A stretch of DNA of 64,000 nucleotides from a virus: IMG/VR virus record IMGVR_UViG_3300020152_000022. One strand, written 5' to 3'. Of the stretch, positions 27,483-35,675 are shown in pieces (the first letter of the stretch is position 1; each line of letters opens with the position of its first letter). The notes beneath the pieces are model-generated. The model saw only the letters and a program-made list of their open reading frames with translations. It was not told where the DNA came from and ran no database searches. The translations under genes were made by a program, and so were the position numbers.

Positions 27483-27715
27483 AGCTTCTTCCTCTTTCCT
27501 ATTCGGCGAATACGGGACACATGCCCCCATTCCTTGCGGAGATCGAGCAAGAGCCACCAACCCTGAGGCGCTGACGTTTTGATCTCGGCCAGCGTCCCGA
27601 AGGTTATCGGTTTGATCGTCGGGTGCATGTAAGTAAAGACCTCCCGATGCCATGGCTTTCTGAAAGTAAAATGCGATCCGCCAGCAATAGAACGGACAAC
27701 TGGACAGTTGCTCAT
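27479..27715 (-). CDS. RKxW-family small protein
   Basis: RKPW...ITFGT...RKEW. Confidence 0.75.
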   Translation of the reverse strand: MSNCPVVRSIAGGSHFTFRKPWHREVFTYMHPTIKPITFGTLAEIKTSAPQGWWLLLDLRKEWGHVSRIRRIGKRKKL

Positions 27716-27927
27716 ATCCAAACCCTCTTCCAGCGCCAATCGCGGTTCCACGGCTTGCGGCTATGGATGAAATCGTTGGCGTTGACTAGGGCCATGACTG
27801 AATGTCGGCGCGTCCGTATCCAGTAGCTGCCGAAGTCCGATATCGCGCCATATCTGGGATTGCCGCGCTTCCAGCGCTTACGCCCCCAAATCAGATTGTC
27901 ATTGGCTGCCCAGAAGGTGATACCCAT
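27712..27927 (-). CDS. RKxW-family small protein
   Basis: RKRW...DFGSYW...RKPW. Confidence 0.75.
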   Translation of the reverse strand: MGITFWAANDNLIWGRKRWKRGNPRYGAISDFGSYWIRTRRHSVMALVNANDFIHSRKPWNRDWRWKRVWI

Positions 27928-28184
27928 CAGTTGCTCCACCTGTCTGTTTCTCTTTCATTTCGGCTCACGGTAGCCCAGTGTTTGCGGTCGTGCATGAAGG
28001 CATCGAACTCAACGAAGGTGTGCCCGCCATCGAACTCCGTCTCGATCCACCAATAGGAGCCGAACATCACGCCACCCTTCCAGCCGGAGCCGCGCACCTT
28101 CATGCGGATATGGAGCCTGTTCTTTCTGCTCCGCCATATCTTGCGCAGCCTGAACATGGTGAAATAGCTTTCGAACTCATCCAC
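27927..28184 (-). CDS. RKxW-family small protein
   Basis: RKIW...MFGSYWW...RKHW. Confidence 0.75.
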   Translation of the reverse strand: MDEFESYFTMFRLRKIWRSRKNRLHIRMKVRGSGWKGGVMFGSYWWIETEFDGGHTFVEFDAFMHDRKHWATVSRNERETDRWSN

Positions 28185-28386
28185 GGCTCAGCCTCCCGAC
28201 CCAGTAGGGTATCGCCCATTTCTTCCGGAAGTTCACCGGGAAGGGATCGAGGCCAAGCCCATTTATCCAGCCATGCATACCGAAGGGCGCGTTCGGGGTT
28301 GTGGTTACGTAGGCACCAAACATGCGGTCATGCCGTCGCCATTCCTTGCGCCCTACCCAGAGATTTGCGTAGAGAAAATTACTCAT
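28177..28386 (-). CDS. RKxW-family small protein
   Basis: RKEW...APFGMHGW...RKKW. Confidence 0.75.
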   Translation of the reverse strand: MSNFLYANLWVGRKEWRRHDRMFGAYVTTTPNAPFGMHGWINGLGLDPFPVNFRKKWAIPYWVGRLSRG

Positions 28387-28616
28387 GGCGCTCCCCTTTC
28401 ATAGCGCTCTACTCTTCTCGCCCTGCCCCATATCTTGCGCAGCCAAAGAAAAGGCCCGGTAAGGTGTAGGCCTTCATCGATGACCCAAGAATAGGTGCCG
28501 AAGGGTGTAGGGCGCGCGGATGGATACCAGTCAAGACCGCCGATCCTGTTGCGGTGAAACTTCCGCAGCGCCCAGAGGGTCATGTAGTCATCCTGCCAAG
28601 GCGTGGTCTTAACCAT
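28383..28616 (-). CDS. RKxW-family small protein
   Basis: RKFH...PTPFGTYSW...RKIW. Confidence 0.75.
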   Translation of the reverse strand: MVKTTPWQDDYMTLWALRKFHRNRIGGLDWYPSARPTPFGTYSWVIDEGLHLTGPFLWLRKIWGRARRVERYERGAP

Positions 28617-28833
28617 CGTCGTATTCCATTCTGGTCATCCATTTATGGTGGTGGTAATCAACCGCCCAATCCTTGCGCTCCTGCCATTCCCTGAAGGTGA
28701 CTTTATCGTTGGTGGCATAGAGAAGGTGCCCGAAGGTCACGGGGCGGACAGAGCCGGTCCAGTTGGGATAGCCACCCCGACTGCGGAAGGACTTACGATA
28801 GGCCCAGAGATACGGCATGTACTCACCCGTCAT
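28609..28833 (-). CDS. RKxW-family small protein
   Basis: RKSF...VTFGH...RKDW. Confidence 0.75.
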   Translation of the reverse strand: MTGEYMPYLWAYRKSFRSRGGYPNWTGSVRPVTFGHLLYATNDKVTFREWQERKDWAVDYHHHKWMTRMEYDDG

Positions 28834-29050
28834 TGTTCAAATTTTTCCAGAGGCCCACCCGCCAGTCATAGTTCCACGTCTTGCGGTCATTGAGAAAGCC
28901 ACCGGTATAGCCCACCTCAAGGTTCCTGATCCAAGCATAGGTGCCGAAGGGAACGCGCATGGTGGAGCCCGGCCCTATCACGAGAAGGCCTCTGCGCCTG
29001 CGCCAATCCTTGCGGGTCTTGGTGTGGAGGGTCCAGCTAAACATCGTCAT
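28823..29050 (-). CDS. RKxW-family small protein
   Basis: RKDW...PFGTYAW...RKTW. Confidence 0.75.
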   Translation of the reverse strand: MTMFSWTLHTKTRKDWRRRRGLLVIGPGSTMRVPFGTYAWIRNLEVGYTGGFLNDRKTWNYDWRVGLWKNLNNDG

Positions 29051-29279
29051 CCAATCTCTTCATGTGCCGCATTACTCGGCTGCCATAATTCCAGTCCTTC
29101 CGCTCTTCGAGGAATGGCCCGGTATAGGGGAGGTCGAGGTTCATGACCCAAGCATAGGTGCCGAAAGGTGCTGGGTTGGGCGATTTCCAGACCTCATCTA
29201 GTGGATAGACCTCCCACTCCTTGCGGTCGAAAGAGCTGATCGTTTCATCATCGTTGGTGCTGAAAAAAACAGTGCTCAT
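29037..29279 (-). CDS. RKxW-family small protein
   Basis: RKEW...PAPFGTYAW...RKDW. Confidence 0.75.
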   Translation of the reverse strand: MSTVFFSTNDDETISSFDRKEWEVYPLDEVWKSPNPAPFGTYAWVMNLDLPYTGPFLEERKDWNYGSRVMRHMKRLDDDV

Positions 29280-29518
29280 TTCTTCCGCACCTCCGACCAT
29301 TTCCTGCCATAATATTCTGCGGCCCATGGCTTGCGCTCGATCAGGGGAGCAGGCCAATAGAGGGCGTCGATCAGGCTCTCCCCATAAAAGCCGAAGGGCA
29401 CGGGCGTGATGTTGGTGGTGTGACGCCATAAGCTGTTACCGTTCACGCTTCGCTGCCGCCATACCTTCCTTGGGTGCCAGTAGAAATCATGAGGCGGTTT
29501 AAAAATTGAATAGGTCAT
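29276..29518 (-). CDS. RKxW-family small protein
   Basis: RKVW...PVPFGFY...RKPW. Confidence 0.75.
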   Translation of the reverse strand: MTYSIFKPPHDFYWHPRKVWRQRSVNGNSLWRHTTNITPVPFGFYGESLIDALYWPAPLIERKPWAAEYYGRKWSEVRKK

Positions 29519-29791
29519 TTCTTGCTCGCCCAGTATAATTCAGTATCCCTCTCGCGCCGCCGTTTAACGGCCCAGTATTTCCGGTCAGAAAGCAGGCCCC
29601 CGGTCGCACTGAGGGACAAGCTGATCGGCGGCTCGTTTGCCTTCTCCTGCACGTTCACCCACCAATATGTCCCGAAGGGACCCCGATTTTTTTCGAGCCT
29701 GTCGGGTCCGGTAATAATACGACAGGTCTGAAGCCAGCCTGCGTCGCCACCGCTTGCGGGACGTGAACAGTGGATATGCATCTCCATTCAT
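29515..29791 (-). pseudogene. RKxW-family member split by a frameshift at an A7 tract
   Basis: RKRW in the frame starting at 29791; PFGTYWW...RKYW in another frame; removing one A at 29687-29693 joins them. Confidence 0.7.
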
Positions 29792-30042
29792 CTGGCATCC
29801 CTCCGCCATGTTCCCTTCGGGCTCCAGCCGAGCGCACACCGCTTGCGATAGATCATCCAAAGGGGCCGGGGCTGCTTGTCCGCCTCTTGGTCCGCGAGGC
29901 AACGGGCAAAATGTCCGAAGGGCTTTGGGTTCGGGGGCCATGGGGTAGAGACGTGCTCAGGGACACGATAGGACGGCGGGTAAAACGACCATCTTTTCCT
30001 CACGACCATGCACTGTATGTATCCTCCGGACATGCTAGGCAT
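29788..30042 (-). CDS. RKxW-family small protein (start uncertain)
   Basis: RKRW...PKPFGH...RKRC. Confidence 0.7.
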   Translation of the reverse strand: MPSMSGGYIQCMVVRKRWSFYPPSYRVPEHVSTPWPPNPKPFGHFARCLADQEADKQPRPLWMIYRKRCALGWSPKGTWRRDAR

Positions 30043-30274
30043 TGTATCGCTTCCATCTGATGTACCTGTCATGGGCACGATCCAGCGCCCATGTCTTTCT
30101 CTGGTGGTTGGGGCTATAGATGAATGCGCCATGCTGCGAGTTCGCATAGAGATGCGTGCCGAACATCCGTGGGGTCGGGTTGCCGTTAGGGAAGTAGTGG
30201 ACTTTCCATGCCCTCGTCTTGTGCCAGCGCTCCCGCCATGGTTTGCGCATATGGTAAAAGCTGCTCCAGTTCAT
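30035..30274 (-). CDS. RKxW-family small protein
   Basis: RKPW...MFGTHLY...RKTW. Confidence 0.75.
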   Translation of the reverse strand: MNWSSFYHMRKPWRERWHKTRAWKVHYFPNGNPTPRMFGTHLYANSQHGAFIYSPNHQRKTWALDRAHDRYIRWKRYNA

Positions 30275-30525
30275 GGCTCTTCCTCCTGACTATCGGCCCA
30301 GCGCCAGTAGCGACGCACCACACGATCAGAGGCCCATTCCTTGCGCTTGGTGAGTACATCCCAGCCATCTTCGGTGGTGGTGACATAGAGCAGGGAGCCG
30401 AAGGGGTCGGGCCGGAAACGCGGTTCACTGCCACGCCACAGGATATAGGTCGAGCCGTTGAAGGTGCGGAGCCGCCATTCCTTGCGGTCGCTCCAATAGA
30501 GATCACTGTCCGCATAGTCCATCAT
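30271..30525 (-). CDS. RKxW-family small protein
   Basis: RKEW...PDPFGSLLY...RKEW. Confidence 0.75.
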   Translation of the reverse strand: MMDYADSDLYWSDRKEWRLRTFNGSTYILWRGSEPRFRPDPFGSLLYVTTTEDGWDVLTKRKEWASDRVVRRYWRWADSQEEEP

Positions 30526-30791
30526 GGCTGGCTGTCGCTCCATTTGGCGTATCGCTTATCGACCGCAGGTCTTGACCAAGTCTTGCGATATACCCGTTGG
30601 TTATGGATGAACACGAACTGGTCCGAGGTCGCAAAATAATGCGAGCCGAACGCGGTGAGGCCGGGGAACTCAATCTCTTGGGCGACGTAGCCACGAGAGT
30701 GGCTTGACGAGAAGCACCGTATTCGCCAGACCTTGCGTACCGCATAGAGGCCGACATAGGCATGGACATGCCGCAGGAGGGGGTCTTTCAT
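30522..30791 (-). CDS. RKxW-family small protein
   Basis: RKVW...AFGSHY...RKTW. Confidence 0.75.
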   Translation of the reverse strand: MKDPLLRHVHAYVGLYAVRKVWRIRCFSSSHSRGYVAQEIEFPGLTAFGSHYFATSDQFVFIHNQRVYRKTWSRPAVDKRYAKWSDSQP

Positions 30792-31042
30792 CTGGCCCTC
30801 CGCGCCATTTTGCGATGATGGTAAACCCAAGCCCAGTTCTTGCGCTGCCATTTCGGGCCTCTGGTGTAGGAATATTGATCAAACAGATACGCATAGGAGC
30901 CAAACGGTTTCAGGCCGGGAAACTCCTTGACCATGGCGATATAGGCCCGGTCGGCGAGGTCGTTGAAGCGCCGCCTGCGCCATGGCTTCCGCTTAGTGTA
31001 AAGCTCGACATAGTAATGGACTGTCCTGTGCCCCATGCTCAT
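30788..31042 (-). CDS. RKxW-family small protein
   Basis: RKPWRRRRF...PFGSYAY...RKNW. Confidence 0.75.
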   Translation of the reverse strand: MSMGHRTVHYYVELYTKRKPWRRRRFNDLADRAYIAMVKEFPGLKPFGSYAYLFDQYSYTRGPKWQRKNWAWVYHHRKMARRAR

Positions 31043-31278
31043 CGCAGTCCTCGCAGTTCTTTCATGATCTTGTTATGGTATTCCCAAGCCCACAATGCCT
31101 TGCGGCTGCTCTTCGGCCCCTCGCTATAGACCTCATGGTCGGTATGGTAGGCATGCGAGCCGAAGGGGGTCGGGGTTCTCGTGACCATGCGGTCGGACAC
31201 ATAAGGGCCACCACTGAAACGGCGGCGTCGCCATGGCTTGCGGTAGAAGAACAGTTCATAAGTCTGCATTGATATCAT
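31039..31278 (-). CDS. RKxW-family small protein
   Basis: RKPWRRRRF...PTPFGSHAY...RKALW. Confidence 0.75.
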   Translation of the reverse strand: MISMQTYELFFYRKPWRRRRFSGGPYVSDRMVTRTPTPFGSHAYHTDHEVYSEGPKSSRKALWAWEYHNKIMKELRGLR

Positions 31279-31502
31279 CGGTACTGCCTCCGGTGGGTAC
31301 GCGCCCGATGGTATTCAAAGGCCCAATCCTTGCGGTGGAGGGATATCGTGGAATTCCAAGGGAGAAGGATTGCCTGATAATGATAGGAGCCGAATGGGGC
31401 GACCTTATCGACCGTGATCGCGCGCTCCAGCACGTAGTAATATCCAAGACGGCGTCGCCACCGCTTGCGGGAGTAGAGCAGGTTGTAGGTCTCTTGCCAC
31501 AT
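31275..31502 (-). CDS. RKxW-family small protein (first of left array)
   Basis: RKRW...APFGSYHY...RKDW. Confidence 0.75.
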   Translation of the reverse strand: MWQETYNLLYSRKRWRRRLGYYYVLERAITVDKVAPFGSYHYQAILLPWNSTISLHRKDWAFEYHRARTHRRQYR

Positions 31503-31504
31503 GG

Positions 31505-31687
31505 CTACTTCCCCGGTCGGCCAAGCGGGCGGATTTCGATATCGTCCGCAACTTCCCTCGGCAGCCATCCCATCATGACCGCATATTCAGTCAAGGCCTC
31601 GCGCGCCAAACGCGACAGCTTGCCATGCTTGCCGGAGTAAACCTCCGCCAGTTCATCGGGGATCATAAAGGATATCTTGACTGCCAT
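31505..31687 (-). CDS. Ribbon-helix-helix DNA-binding protein
   Basis: MAVKISFMIPDELAE...KLSRLAREAL.EY; GGAG RBS. Confidence 0.7.
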   Translation of the reverse strand: MAVKISFMIPDELAEVYSGKHGKLSRLAREALTEYAVMMGWLPREVADDIEIRPLGRPGK

Positions 31688-31734
31688 CGCACCACTCCAT
31701 CGAAGGGGGAGTATGCGACGGCGACGCTTTGTCG

Positions 31735-32082
31735 TCAACGGCCAGATTGTCCATTGCCGCGAACATAGTCCAAGAGTACGCGCGAGATGCGTCCCTGCCA
31801 GCCGGGGCCATCCTTCTTGAAATGCTCAACCACCTCATCGGGGAAGCGGATCGAGATCGGAGGCTTCCGCTTGATCTTGCGCCGCTGCTCATTCCGGACA
31901 TAGCGCTTAGGCAGGTACATGCCCCCGAGCGCTTCCAGTTCTTCCTCCGGCGTCGGGTCATAGCAGATCGCACCGGGCGGGATATTTTCGCACGGCTTCT
32001 TCTGGAAGGAGCTAAAACCGCACCAGTAGTCGCGCTGACACTGGGCGCAAGGCTCGGCTAACTTATAGGAGAGAACAGGCAT
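31735..32082 (-). CDS. BrnA-antitoxin-like (DUF4415) C-terminal domain protein
   Basis: K.PISIRFPDEVVEHFKKDGPGWQGRISRVL; Cys-rich N-terminus. Confidence 0.7.
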   Translation of the reverse strand: MPVLSYKLAEPCAQCQRDYWCGFSSFQKKPCENIPPGAICYDPTPEEELEALGGMYLPKRYVRNEQRRKIKRKPPISIRFPDEVVEHFKKDGPGWQGRISRVLLDYVRGNGQSGR

Positions 32083-32084
32083 GA

Positions 32085-32925
32085 TGGTAGCTACCTTTAG
32101 CGCTATTTGGGCTGTTAACGGGCTATGGTAGCTACGTTAACAAAACGCTTGTAGCTACGTCAAGCGAGCGGATTTTTTGGCGCAGAAAATTTTTGGGCTG
32201 CGCAATTTTTTGATGCCAGAGAGAAAGCGCTCGGAGAGGTGGGCGGGGTGCGAGATGGGGGTCGGGGATTTTTTTTGGGGGGGCGTTTGAGCATCATTGT
32301 ATGTAGCGCGTGCAGGTGCCCGCCCGCATGCGCGGGGGTGGGGGTGGGTGGGTAAGCCCGTACGCCCCCGCAGGCGCGAGGGGTAGGTACTTCAAGCACT
32401 TAGCTATAGCTACGCAGTGTCAGCACAGCGCCGTCACTTGCACTGAGAACGCAACGATATCAATGCGATAGCCACTGCCTTGCGCACGCGAGAGCATGCG
32501 ATGCGTGAGGTGTGCGCGTGATGTGAGGTCACAGATTGCTATGCAATCCACCCCATCTAATCCCTCTAATCCCCCACTATCCCATCACTATAGCGTAGCT
32601 ATTGCCCAGCCCACTGCCCATCCCATAGCTATGCTATGCCCCATCCAACCCAAGGCAGCTATGCTGTCCGACTGGCACTGCACCAACCCAGCCCACTGCC
32701 ATCCGTCCTATCATAACCCAATAGGTTATGTGCTCAGCCCATTGGTCTATGGCATCAACACTATGGCTAACGTAGTTAGGACGGGCTCTTGTCTATGGTG
32801 ACAGCGAAGCTGGATGGCTCGGCTTCTCGCCTTCCTCTTCCTCAATGCATAGCATTGCATCATCGTCAGGACTGCGATGCCAATGATGCCACCGCTATCC
32901 CTCCGGGATGGATGCCAGATGATAG
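32085..32925. other. Non-coding candidate packaging/terminus region with TAGCTA palindromes and G-tracts
   Basis: GTAGCTAC at 32087, 32128, 32151; further TAGCTA copies at 32401, 32407, 32596, 32626; long G runs then C-rich segment; next to terS. Confidence 0.5.
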
Positions 32926-32929
32926 CAGG

Positions 32930-33475
32930 TCAGTCTTTGACTGGCGGCGCAATCCCGGTTAGCTCAGCCAGCGCTTTACGCAGCTTGTCCTTCAGGACAA
33001 CCGGATCGTCCTCTTCGCGCTTGGCCTCTTTCGTTTCCTTGAAGATACCAATGACATCAACCTTGCCCAGCAAACCAAGGGCCGAGATGCGTGCGCTTGC
33101 CGGACTTTCCATATCCATACTCTCTTCCAAGAGACGGTCCATGATGTGACGACGAACCCTGACTACATCAATAAGATGCTTCTCATTAGCGGCATCAACC
33201 AATGCCTTTACCCTAGTGGCCACGCGAGGGTTGTCTATCAACTTGCTTGCTTCAGTATGGCACGAACTCTCCGCCATATTCGAACAATCATAGTTGGCAC
33301 GATAAGCCCCGACTAACGTTGAACCTTTTGCCACATCACGCGCAAACCCTTCTTGCTTCTCCGTCAATCCCCATTCATTGGCGCGCGTCACACCGATGGA
33401 GCCACTTGGCTCCCGAACCTCGGCATCGATTGCCCTTTGCGTATCCTTTCTTCGAAAGCCCACTTTGCCAGCCAT
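32930..33475 (-). CDS. terS: Terminase small subunit
   Basis: LTEKQE.FA..VA.G.T...AYR..Y......EAS.L..NPRV..RV; ARI.ALGLLGK. Confidence 0.8.
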   Translation of the reverse strand: MAGKVGFRRKDTQRAIDAEVREPSGSIGVTRANEWGLTEKQEGFARDVAKGSTLVGAYRANYDCSNMAESSCHTEASKLIDNPRVATRVKALVDAANEKHLIDVVRVRRHIMDRLLEESMDMESPASARISALGLLGKVDVIGIFKETKEAKREEDDPVVLKDKLRKALAELTGIAPPVKD

Positions 33476-33607
33476 TGCTATCCAACCGTTCAACAAAAAA
33501 ATCTTCCCGTAGGGAATATCACCGAAATCACCCCAAACCGTCAATTTTTTATAGCGTAGCTATAGCGGTACTCGGCCAGCCAGCCCTCCAACCAACCCCT
33601 AAAGGGG

Positions 33608-33636
33608 TTGACCAAGCGACAATTTGTCGTTAGCTT
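33608..33636 (+). promoter_or_regulatory. Early promoter with palindromic operator in spacer
   Basis: TTGACC-17 nt-TAGCTT; CGACAATTTGTCG at 33617-33629. Confidence 0.65.
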
Positions 33637-33854
33637 GATGATCGTCGGCCACCGAGATGGTCTCCCGACAACCCCCTTCGGGGGGACTGTTTCACAGTGT
33701 TCTTTGACATCGTTAGCACTCAAGTTTCCCCCTTTCAGCACCGATAGGTGCAGTGGGGAGGGCCATACGGAAGTATCGCCGCTCTCTACTGGACATATCG
33801 TCCGAATGGTCAGACCCGCCATTGCTATGGGTCGAATGTGAAAGGGAAACTCAA

Positions 33855-34553
33855 ATGACCAAGATCAACGCTCGTAATGCTGCCCGTACCGCTGTTGCCA
33901 AGGCTCAGGCCAACACCGCAACCAACAAGGCCGGTCAGCAGGGTCGTATCCTTGAGGATACCAAGGCAAAGGCTGCCGCTGAAAAGCGGGAAAACAAGCC
34001 TGCCAAGGCATCGAAGATGACCGATGAGCAACGCATTGAGGCCGCTCAGGCTCTCATTGGCTATCGTTGCGAGGTCGTATCCGGCAGGAAGTTCAAGGAC
34101 GAAGTCCTCGACGTCTTCCATGTTTCGGCAAAGCCCAACCGTTTTGGCGTCATCTATGCGATGTGCCACCTCGACGGCGAAGCCGATCCGATCTTCATTG
34201 ATGCGAAGCATCTTGAGGCCACGGATACCAAGATGGACGCCAAGCTTCTTGCGAAGCTCCAAAAGGCCCGCAAGGAAGCTGCCGAAGAGACGCTTTTCGT
34301 CTCTTGCCCGGTGGACGTCTACACCGACCGCAAGACTGGCGAAGTGTCATCCATCCGGGTTCGGGGTCAGGGCTGGTTTGCCCCGATCTCGATGAAGCCC
34401 GAATGGGTCACGAATACCGACGTAGTCGACCCGGATAATAACGAGGTCATCTACGAAGTGCCCGTCTGGATTGTCCAGAAGCGTGCCGGTGGCGTCGCTG
34501 TCGAAGCCCTCCGGGCCAAGCAGGATAGGCTTGAAAAGCTGGTCAATGGCTAA
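33855..34553 (+). CDS. Hypothetical early protein
   Basis: GAAAGGGAAAC RBS; strongly biased, highly-expressed-like codon usage. Confidence 0.7.
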   Translation: MTKINARNAARTAVAKAQANTATNKAGQQGRILEDTKAKAAAEKRENKPAKASKMTDEQRIEAAQALIGYRCEVVSGRKFKDEVLDVFHVSAKPNRFGVIYAMCHLDGEADPIFIDAKHLEATDTKMDAKLLAKLQKARKEAAEETLFVSCPVDVYTDRKTGEVSSIRVRGQGWFAPISMKPEWVTNTDVVDPDNNEVIYEVPVWIVQKRAGGVAVEALRAKQDRLEKLVNG

Positions 34554-34631
34554 GCCATAGGCTCTAGTGTCCAGCCGTCGAAAGGCGGCTGGCATCTAGA
34601 ACTTATGTTCTAACATGAAAGGGAAACGAAA

Positions 34632-34874
34632 ATGCCAGTCATTAGACTGAATGACACAACCATGCGTGTTATCGTCGGCGATCTCGTCGCCGAGTACAGC
34701 ACGGCGTCACAGTATGTGACAGTGTTCCGTGACGGTCAGCCCGCTGGCTCTTTGAGCCGTCGTCGGGTCATCGATCACAAGGCCTGCGAATGGTCTATCT
34801 TCGATAGGTCAGGCCGCAAGCTTGGCGAACATAACATGGTTTCGCCTCTCCTGCATAAGCTGCGCAATGCATAA
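34632..34874 (+). CDS. Hypothetical protein
   Basis: GAAAGGGAAAC RBS; flanked by GAAA and TTCG tetraloop hairpins. Confidence 0.6.
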   Translation: MPVIRLNDTTMRVIVGDLVAEYSTASQYVTVFRDGQPAGSLSRRRVIDHKACEWSIFDRSGRKLGEHNMVSPLLHKLRNA

Positions 34875-34926
34875 GGCAAGGCCCTTCGGGGCCTTATCTT
34901 ATACATTCCAAAAAAGGGAAACGACT

Positions 34927-35268
34927 ATGTGGGAAAGTATAATCGAGCGTATATACGCCAATTGTGCGTATGACGCCGAGACCGGCTGCCGACTATGGCA
35001 GGGCCAGACTGACGGCAAGCAAGACCCTTACGGTCGTGTCACAGTGCGAGGCCAGACAATGCAGCCTCATGTGGCTGTCATGAAAGCCGCTTTGCAGCGT
35101 AAAGGCAAGAAATTGGCCAAAGGCCGTCAGGTTGACCATAAGTGCAATCGACGCCTATGCTGCGAAGAAAATCACTTGCAGCCCGTTACAGGGCTCAAAA
35201 ACCAACGGCTCCGCGTCAAGCGGGCCAAATACAAGGGCGACGCATTGCGCTGCCTAGAAGTAAGATGA
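34927..35268 (+). CDS. His-Me finger/HNH endonuclease
   Basis: C.LWQG...YGR...H...QVDHKCNRRLCC...HL.PVT..N. Confidence 0.75.
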   Translation: MWESIIERIYANCAYDAETGCRLWQGQTDGKQDPYGRVTVRGQTMQPHVAVMKAALQRKGKKLAKGRQVDHKCNRRLCCEENHLQPVTGLKNQRLRVKRAKYKGDALRCLEVR

Positions 35269-35281
35269 AAGGGAAACTTGG

Positions 35282-35650
35282 GTGTTACCGATAGAGTGCT
35301 ATTTCTGCCACGAGCAGATCACAACGGACATTTCGTCCACAATGGTGGGCGGTGTCACGCTCTATATGTATAAGCAGGTGCTCATAGCGTATGCGTTGCC
35401 AGACAAGGCACAGTTGTACGCAGTGGCGCTGCCTCTCACCGGCCAGATGTATATGCGGGGCATTGAAATCCCCTATCCATTATGCGCTGGCGAGATCGAT
35501 GCCCGTCATATCAAGGAATGTCTGCGTGCCGCCAAGTATCCGGGCGACAAGCTCAAATACCTCCCTCATGCACAATTGTGCGAAGGGGCGATGATGGCGA
35601 TCATGCGGGATATGTATCAGTTCAATACCGACAAGAAAGCAGCAGCATAA
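35282..35650 (+). CDS. Hypothetical protein
   Basis: GAAAGGGAAAC RBS, GTG start. Confidence 0.55.
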   Translation: MLPIECYFCHEQITTDISSTMVGGVTLYMYKQVLIAYALPDKAQLYAVALPLTGQMYMRGIEIPYPLCAGEIDARHIKECLRAAKYPGDKLKYLPHAQLCEGAMMAIMRDMYQFNTDKKAAA

Positions 35651-35675
35651 AGGCCCCTCACGGGGCCTTTTTTTT
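35650..35675 (+). terminator. Intrinsic terminator between convergent genes
   Basis: AAGGCCCC/GGGGCCTT stem plus T run. Confidence 0.8.

Larger units (their letters stand above)
25919..31502 (-). repeat. Left tandem array of 24 paralogous RKxW-family small ORFs
   Basis: Consecutive 70-100 aa ORFs with overlapping stop/start codons, nearly all with two RKxW-type motifs and most with a central (P)FG(S/T)Y motif. Confidence 0.9.

Noticed and set aside
25919-31502. CRISPR array or other DNA repeat-spacer array
   Set aside because: Repeats are short, degenerate at synonymous positions and always in frame within ORFs, so conservation is at protein level. No cas operon is present.
32160-32801. ORFs 32160-32399 and 32496-32801
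   Set aside because: Low-complexity Pro/His translations of G/C-tract DNA without RBS; more likely non-coding.
33791-35338. Loose SGAC-N5-GTCS matches (33791, 35326, and others such as 3027) as operators
   Set aside because: A rough estimate gives several chance hits of this loose pattern in 64 kb, so only the closer or promoter-linked copies were used.
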